A stretch of DNA of 64,000 nt from a bacterium (GTDB lineage Bacteria > SZUA-182 > DTGQ01 > JAFGSM01): assembly GCA_049472335.1 (NCBI GenBank), contig JBLIRO010000010.1, positions 1-64,000 of the forward strand. The letters are read 5' to 3'. Made by a program: the position numbers and the translations under genes. Shown here in pieces: positions 58,345-64,000 of this stretch (the first letter of the stretch is position 1; each line of letters starts with the position of its first letter). The notes below the pieces were generated by a model. It was not told the origin of the DNA and did no database searches. It worked only from the letters and a program-made list of their open reading frames with translations.

Positions 58345-59439
58345 TTGATGAAAAAAGATCGGATTGCAATGTTTATAATAATCATCTTTTTTGGTTTATC
58401 AGTTTTCACTTCCCTTCTTTCTTTTCCATTAATGGAAGTGTCAGCACAGACTTTCAATTGTATTATCAGAAGAGACGTGGAAATCCCCTATCAGTTTCAG
58501 TATTTTAGTACAAGAATCCTCGCAAACGCAAAATTTGAGATAAAGTTAACCATCCGCGACAATTCTAATAAAAAAGTATATGTTAGGTTGATACCGGGGG
58601 CCCCTGATCCCAATGATCCTGCAGTTAGTGTCGATGACGAAACTCTGACCTATCTGCTCGGGTCAGGAATATACATCTCAACAAAAACAGATTATGAGAG
58701 AATAGGTTCGAGTGAAGACGATTATGAGATCCCGGGTTTCAGTGAGCTGTTTTTTCAGGCTGCAATATTGGATGATGATTGGATATACGATTTTGATGGA
58801 GGAGATGCCAAAATAATCGGTATCACTATATCATCTGATCAGATGCGTATAAAATATCTTGAATTTTGGGATAATGAATTCCGTGATGCCAATATGCACG
58901 AGGACTCACAGGATTTTGAGGACTTCTCCAATCTCGCTGATGCCGAATGGGAAAACCTTACACCCAATACAGGTGAACCAACCATAATAAATAATGAGGA
59001 TGTGCTTTATTTAACTCCATCTATACCGCCGGGTTATCCGCCAATATTTTCCCCTCTTCCCTATTACAGCTATCCTTCTTATTACGGTTCTCTTTATCCA
59101 AGCTATTCCAGCAGCCCGGTTAATGTATATAATTATTATTATGGAAATTATCCCGGGGCATACTATAGCAGCTATCCAAGCGGACCTTTTGCTTCATTCC
59201 GGGGTAATTTGCCCAGCACCTTCTATCAAGGGTATTCGACCCTCTATCCGGGTTCATATACAGGCAGCTTCCGTAATTTGTTTTCAGGCACCTATCCCGC
59301 AACTTATGGTTATGGCCTATACTCATTTACTGATCCAGCCGGAGGCTTTGGTGGATTCAATTATGGTTTTCCTGGTTTTGTGTCATCCAGAAATATTTAT
59401 GGTTTTGGATATTCGCCCTATGGAGGATTTATATATTAA
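58345..59439 (+). CDS. Secreted protein: acidic domain of unknown fold plus Tyr/Ser/Gly/Pro-rich tail
   Basis: SD GGGAGG; signal ending VSA|Q; about 140-aa tail YYSYPSYYGSLYPSY...YGFGYSPYGGFIY. Confidence 0.85.
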   Translation: MMKKDRIAMFIIIIFFGLSVFTSLLSFPLMEVSAQTFNCIIRRDVEIPYQFQYFSTRILANAKFEIKLTIRDNSNKKVYVRLIPGAPDPNDPAVSVDDETLTYLLGSGIYISTKTDYERIGSSEDDYEIPGFSELFFQAAILDDDWIYDFDGGDAKIIGITISSDQMRIKYLEFWDNEFRDANMHEDSQDFEDFSNLADAEWENLTPNTGEPTIINNEDVLYLTPSIPPGYPPIFSPLPYYSYPSYYGSLYPSYSSSPVNVYNYYYGNYPGAYYSSYPSGPFASFRGNLPSTFYQGYSTLYPGSYTGSFRNLFSGTYPATYGYGLYSFTDPAGGFGGFNYGFPGFVSSRNIYGFGYSPYGGFIY

Positions 59440-59563
59440 ATTCTGTAGATTTACATTTCACGGCTTTGCATTATGCGATTCGGGTTTATTTAAACGATCG
59501 GATGTTAAAGGATCTTGCAATGATTTTTGTAATTCTTCTATGATATCCGGATAATAATTTACA

Positions 59564-59593
59564 GGGGGCAAACCTCGAAGGGGTTTGTCCCCT
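59564..59593 (+). terminator. GC-rich hairpin downstream of 58345-59439
   Basis: GGGGGCAAACCTC-gaa-GGGGTTTGTCCCC. Confidence 0.55.
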
Positions 59594-59755
59594 ATTGTAT
59601 TTAGGGCCTTTCTAAATTCATTCCATAACTTCTATGGTCTTTTCTCCATAATTTTTATGATATCAATACTTAAATTCATCAATATTGAATTGTAAAAGAT
59701 GACAATAATATTGTTTTTTTTAAATAATTAAAAAAACATTCCTAAACTGCTTTAT

Positions 59756-59771
59756 TGGAATACCATTTGCT
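59756..59771 (+). promoter_or_regulatory. Possible sigma-54 promoter
   Basis: TGGAATACCATTTGCT has the GG-N10-GC spacing; target unclear (59937 ORF or 60572 gene). Confidence 0.35.
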
Positions 59772-59936
59772 TATTAATAAAAACGTATATGGATTTTCAT
59801 TTTTTTCGAGTGAATTTCCAGGTAGTTTTTATAAGTAAAAACACTATAGGGCCTTTGTATTTATCAACTTTAGCCACCTATAATTTTAAATACTTTAGGT
59901 TCTTAACTTGTCATAAGATTCTTTCTATATGGCCGA

Positions 59937-60311
59937 GTGATGTTTATTAAGATATATTGGTTTAAAATACATAATCAAAAATTGTTGTATCATAGGACAA
60001 TCCTGGTCCTTGTATGCATATTGATCACCCTTCAATATCTCCATGCAGGGCACTATACACAGTGCGATTGCATATTTCCAGATGAGATTTTAGATCTTCC
60101 CTGCTCTGTTTCACCCCTCTGGGCGGATAAGGAGATGGATATTTGTTTTGAACACATAGAGATGGAGTATTTTAATATTACTTATAGGATACAATTACCT
60201 TCCATATACTTTTGTAATAAAGGTATGGCAAAAAATCATTTTTGGCTTCAATGGCTTACTGTACAATGTTTTAAAAAAAGATTCTTTCAATTAAAGCACT
60301 TTAATTCCTGA
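59937..60311 (+). CDS. Doubtful hypothetical protein
   Basis: One hydrophobic stretch and several Cys/His; weak SD; no recognisable motif. Confidence 0.25.
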   Translation: MMFIKIYWFKIHNQKLLYHRTILVLVCILITLQYLHAGHYTQCDCIFPDEILDLPCSVSPLWADKEMDICFEHIEMEYFNITYRIQLPSIYFCNKGMAKNHFWLQWLTVQCFKKRFFQLKHFNS

Positions 60312-60571
60312 AATTTCATGACTCCTTTTTTTAATTTCTATTAAATTAATTATAGTTTTTTCCTTTTTTGTCATTTGAATGGGTTAAGCAAGAGAGATTA
60401 ATTATTTAAAATGTGCATGCGGGCCATGAAAAATAATTTTATAGAATTGACTGTAAAAACAATAAAGATACAAAATGTCTTGGATTTTAAGTAAATTCTT
60501 CAATCTCACTTCAGGGCAGAACAAAAAGACAAATTATCAGTATATTTAAAGAAAATTTACGGAGGTTAGAG

Positions 60572-61513
60572 ATGAGAAGTTTAATGGGTGGTAAAATATC
60601 TAAAATTTTCAATATTGAGTTTGTAGCCGTAGTAATCATAATATTTTTACTGATTTTATTATTTGCCATTGCATTGGTTCCAGCTGTCAATGCTTATTAC
60701 GGACTTTCGGGAATAGGCTATTATGGTGGAGGGATATATGGAGGACTTGGATTGTATGGACTCGGAGGGCTTTACAGCATGGGGTTATATGGTCTGGGTG
60801 GACTCTATGGAGGACTTGGCGGGTTATATGGCCTGGGTGGATTATATGGATTTTATGGATTGGGAGGCCTCTACGGATTATATGGCCTTGGCGGAATCGG
60901 AGGATTATATGGCTTTTCGGGTCTTTACGGATTGGGTGGACTTTACGGCCTTGGGAGTGCCTATGGCCTTACTGGAATGTACGGAGGATTAACTGGTTTT
61001 GGGGGGATCTTAAGCAGTATGAGCCTGTTGTCTAATCTGGGTCTTCTCAATCCCGTCACTCAGAATTTGACTCAGACAGCTCCTGTTGTAACCGCGGAGC
61101 AAGCGGGCATTTGGACAGGGGCCTGGTTCAGTCTGATTCAATTAAAGGGAGGGATTATGAATCTGAGCTTGGTCGAAGATCCATTGACCGGAGTTTTAAG
61201 TGGTGAAGTAAATCTGATATTAAACAAGATTACAAGCTCCATACCTGCAAATGTTACTGGTTTCATACCAATTGGTGTTGTTGTCGGAGCAGGAACGACA
61301 TTTGTATTAACCGGCAGTAATCAGGGTATCTTGGGCACTTCATTAACCACATTATTGTTATTACCAATTAAGATACCTATTTATAATATAGAGCTCTCAT
61401 GCAGAATGACCAGTCCGGTTACTATGACCGGAACTTATCAGATCCTGGATTTGAATAAACTGGAGTTAGATTACGGAAATTTTAACCTTACCTTAACTAC
61501 GCCTGTAATTTAG
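60572..61513 (+). CDS. Secreted Gly/Leu/Tyr-repeat protein with C-terminal beta-rich domain
   Basis: SD GGAGG; signal ending VNA|Y; (GLYGLGG)n region, then AEQAGIWTGAWFS...YGNFNLTLTTPVI. Confidence 0.88.
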   Translation: MRSLMGGKISKIFNIEFVAVVIIIFLLILLFAIALVPAVNAYYGLSGIGYYGGGIYGGLGLYGLGGLYSMGLYGLGGLYGGLGGLYGLGGLYGFYGLGGLYGLYGLGGIGGLYGFSGLYGLGGLYGLGSAYGLTGMYGGLTGFGGILSSMSLLSNLGLLNPVTQNLTQTAPVVTAEQAGIWTGAWFSLIQLKGGIMNLSLVEDPLTGVLSGEVNLILNKITSSIPANVTGFIPIGVVVGAGTTFVLTGSNQGILGTSLTTLLLLPIKIPIYNIELSCRMTSPVTMTGTYQILDLNKLELDYGNFNLTLTTPVI

Positions 61514-61529
61514 ACAGATTTCCTTCCAT

Positions 61530-61572
61530 AAAGATGGGCTGCCTGAAAAATCTTACTGCAGCCCATCTTTAA
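61530..61572 (+). terminator. Intrinsic terminator
   Basis: AAAGATGGGCTGC...GCAGCCCATCTTT just after stop 61513. Confidence 0.75.
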
Positions 61573-61833
61573 ACACTCATCCTCATAAAAGGACAAAAGG
61601 ATTTTTACGTATCCATCAATATCAGGTATACGTTTTATTGTGATAAAACAAAATTAGAGACGCCAGCTTTACCGGTGTATAATTTCCTCAACTTATTGAC
61701 CAGTTACATGATATAATAAGTAAGGATTATGAGTATCTGTGAAATTGCATAAAATGGATTGAAGGTTTTAAAACTATATGTATTTTTTATTATTTTCTTT
61801 TACATTCGTTTGGTTCGTATGGAAACATAAAAG

Positions 61834-63807
61834 ATGATCCACATTCAGCATATAAAAAAGCAATTTGGTCCCAAAATCATTTTTGATGATGCCTCGGCCC
61901 AGGTACCGCCTAAGGCCCGTGTAGGTCTGGTGGGGCCAAATGGCTCTGGAAAAACAACACTGCTTCGTATATTGATTGGCGAGGAAGAAACAGACGGCGG
62001 TAATATAATAATCAGAAAAGGAGCAAGGATTGGCTATCTCAAGCAGGAGGTTTGGGACAATCCCGACAGGAGTATTCTGGCTGAGATCCTTGCCGGCTTT
62101 CCGGAGCTTCAAATGATGGAGCAGGAGCTTATAGGCATGGAGGGGCAAATGATCGATAATCATTCTCAGGAATTACTCGAAAGATACGGTAAATTACGTC
62201 AGTTTTTCGAGGTGAAGGGAGGATATAAGATTGAACATCAGGCCAAATCCATTCTTAGCGGCATGGGATTTCACCCCGATCAATTTGTAAAACCTTTGCA
62301 TGAGTTTTCAGGTGGGTGGATGATGCGTGTGGCTCTGGCAAAACTACTTCTATCAAAACCGGAAGTGCTTTTATTGGACGAACCTACAAATCATCTCGAC
62401 CTTGAGACTGTGGTGTGGCTCGAAGGTTTTTTGCTCGAATATCCGGGCACCATAGTTCTGACCAGCCACGATCAGGTCTTCATGCAAAGGATTGCGGATC
62501 GAATCCTGGAAATAAGCCAACGGAGTTTGTATACATTTATCGGAAGTTTTGAAGATTATGTTGAACAGAAGGCGTTGCGGCAGGAACAACTGGAAGCCCA
62601 ATATAAGAACCAGCAAAAGAAAATCGAGCAAAATGAGCGTTTTATTGAGCGTTTTCGTTATAAAGCAACGAAGGCAAGGCAGGTACAAAGCCGCATAAAG
62701 ATGATTCAAAAGATAGAGCGAATCGACTTCATTAAAGATGTGCCGCGTGTTATGAAAGCGCGCCTGCCCCAACCGCCAAGGTCCGGTCTCCAGGTGGCGC
62801 AAGTATGTAATGTGACAAAAAGATATGGTGAAAAGACGGTATATGAGAACCTGAATTTTGAACTTCAGCGGGGTGAAAAAGTTGTACTTGTGGGGCATAA
62901 TGGAGCAGGCAAGTCAACTTTATTGAAAATTATTGCAGGTCAGGTTGATATCCAGGCAGGTTCGGTTTTTTACGGCCATAACGTAACGCTGGATTACTAC
63001 GCGCAACATCAACTTGAAACCCTTAATCCTTCATTCAGTATTTTAGAGGAAATAACGAATGTTACGCCTGATTACACTCAAGAAAGTCGGCGAACCCTCC
63101 TTGGGGCCTTTCTTTTTTCAGGTGATGATGTTTTCAAACAAATCTGCGTTCTTTCAGGTGGTGAAAAAGCACGGCTGGCGCTGGCCAAAATGTTGGCCCA
63201 TCCCGCTAATCTTCTTGTAATGGATGAACCCACCAATCATCTGGATATTTTATCACGACAGGTCCTTGAAGATGCGCTTGCCGATTATGAAGGAACACTG
63301 ATATTTATATCTCATGACCGGGCTTTTATAAATTCCATAACTAATCGTGTTGTAGAGGTTAAAGATGGAATACTAACGAGTTATTTAGGAAATTACGACG
63401 ATTATATATGGAAAAAAGATCAGGAGACAGAGAATGATTCGATTAGTCAGCCTTTGTCTATTAATGCATCCGATATCTCCTGCTCCAAACAAATGGAAAG
63501 AATTCTCAATAAGAAAGAGGATAGAAGGTTACGTGCGGAAAGGATTCAGGAAAAATCCAGGCAGTTGAAACCATTAAAGAAGAATCTGGCCGGTCTGGAG
63601 TCAGAGATTGAAGATCTGGAAAAAGAAAAAGAACAGGTTTCCATTGAACTTTGTAATCCCTCCATATTTACTGATAGGGAGCTTTATCCTCAAAAACTAA
63701 AAAGGCATAGTGAATTGGAGGCAAGGTTACATGAATGCTATGATGAATGGGCCAAAATTGCCCAAAAAATCGAGGAGATTGAATTAGTATTTTCTGATTC
63801 GGATTAG
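61834..63807 (+). CDS. ABC-F family ATP-binding protein (YheS/Uup-like)
   Basis: Two NBDs ([52 protein letters not shown]), no TM, C-terminal coiled coil. Confidence 0.95.
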   Translation: MIHIQHIKKQFGPKIIFDDASAQVPPKARVGLVGPNGSGKTTLLRILIGEEETDGGNIIIRKGARIGYLKQEVWDNPDRSILAEILAGFPELQMMEQELIGMEGQMIDNHSQELLERYGKLRQFFEVKGGYKIEHQAKSILSGMGFHPDQFVKPLHEFSGGWMMRVALAKLLLSKPEVLLLDEPTNHLDLETVVWLEGFLLEYPGTIVLTSHDQVFMQRIADRILEISQRSLYTFIGSFEDYVEQKALRQEQLEAQYKNQQKKIEQNERFIERFRYKATKARQVQSRIKMIQKIERIDFIKDVPRVMKARLPQPPRSGLQVAQVCNVTKRYGEKTVYENLNFELQRGEKVVLVGHNGAGKSTLLKIIAGQVDIQAGSVFYGHNVTLDYYAQHQLETLNPSFSILEEITNVTPDYTQESRRTLLGAFLFSGDDVFKQICVLSGGEKARLALAKMLAHPANLLVMDEPTNHLDILSRQVLEDALADYEGTLIFISHDRAFINSITNRVVEVKDGILTSYLGNYDDYIWKKDQETENDSISQPLSINASDISCSKQMERILNKKEDRRLRAERIQEKSRQLKPLKKNLAGLESEIEDLEKEKEQVSIELCNPSIFTDRELYPQKLKRHSELEARLHECYDEWAKIAQKIEEIELVFSDSD

Positions 63808-64000
63808 GTATGCTCTTTTCAAAGCGGATTTCCTAAAGTTTGCTTTTTTTAAACAGGATATTCTGGTTTTATATCCCGTATCTTGTTGCGGGTCGGTTTC
63901 ATTGAGGATTAACAGAAAGAAGAATCATGCCCCCTCCGAAAAAGAAGATGATCAAGGCAATTATTCCATATCTGCTTGAACCGGTTAGCTGTCCAATCAA

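Noticed and set aside
59560..59600. c-di-GMP-I riboswitch suggested by GGGCAAACC...GAA
   Set aside because: It forms one simple hairpin, lacks the GACGCAAAG segment and second stem, and lies downstream of a gene.
63927..64000. Start of a further plus-strand CDS (MPPPKKKMIKAIIPYLL...)
   Set aside because: Too short at the window edge to support a call.

Overview
A 64-kb bacterial chromosomal window with long, very AT-rich intergenic regions. Gene content (TonB/ExbBD, YcbB/YcbK, OmpA/MotB lipoprotein, Tat-exported 4Fe-4S protein, multiheme cytochromes) points to a diderm, probably anaerobic organism; I cannot assign taxonomy from sequence alone. I see no rRNA, tRNA, CRISPR array, transposase or integrase. 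Ordinary genes include MacAB-type ABC export, an SPFH protein, two L,D-transpeptidases, a CdaA-YbbR fusion, cardiolipin synthase, a cation-chloride cotransporter, a GspE/PilB ATPase, a LOG protein, pyruvate kinase, GNAT/M20/SSS genes, a NACHT-FGE protein, a histidine kinase and an ABC-F ATPase. Two things stand out. (1) At least 11 genes encode Sec-exported, charge-poor or low-complexity proteins: a five-member family with a PPYN(L/V)LWPLWSP signature, GGFSMPNYG repeats (a gene missing from the ORF track), a Pro/Thr protein with no charged residues, GGGYPY/QQPY repeats fused to a chagasin domain, and GLYGLGG repeats. Many have Gln at +1 after the signal peptide, three end in PVI, and several are preceded by an ECF-sigma-like motif (TAA-N17/18-[C/A]GTCT). 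(2) A gene pair encodes a 2173-aa cytochrome c with about 58 heme motifs (53 CxxCH by manual count, about 50 extra Cys, 21 DPN tripeptides) and a cytochrome with 10 heme motifs and a Met/Pro-rich insert. My inference, untested, is a co-regulated self-assembling extracellular protein matrix or sheath that carries cargo domains and possibly the cytochromes.
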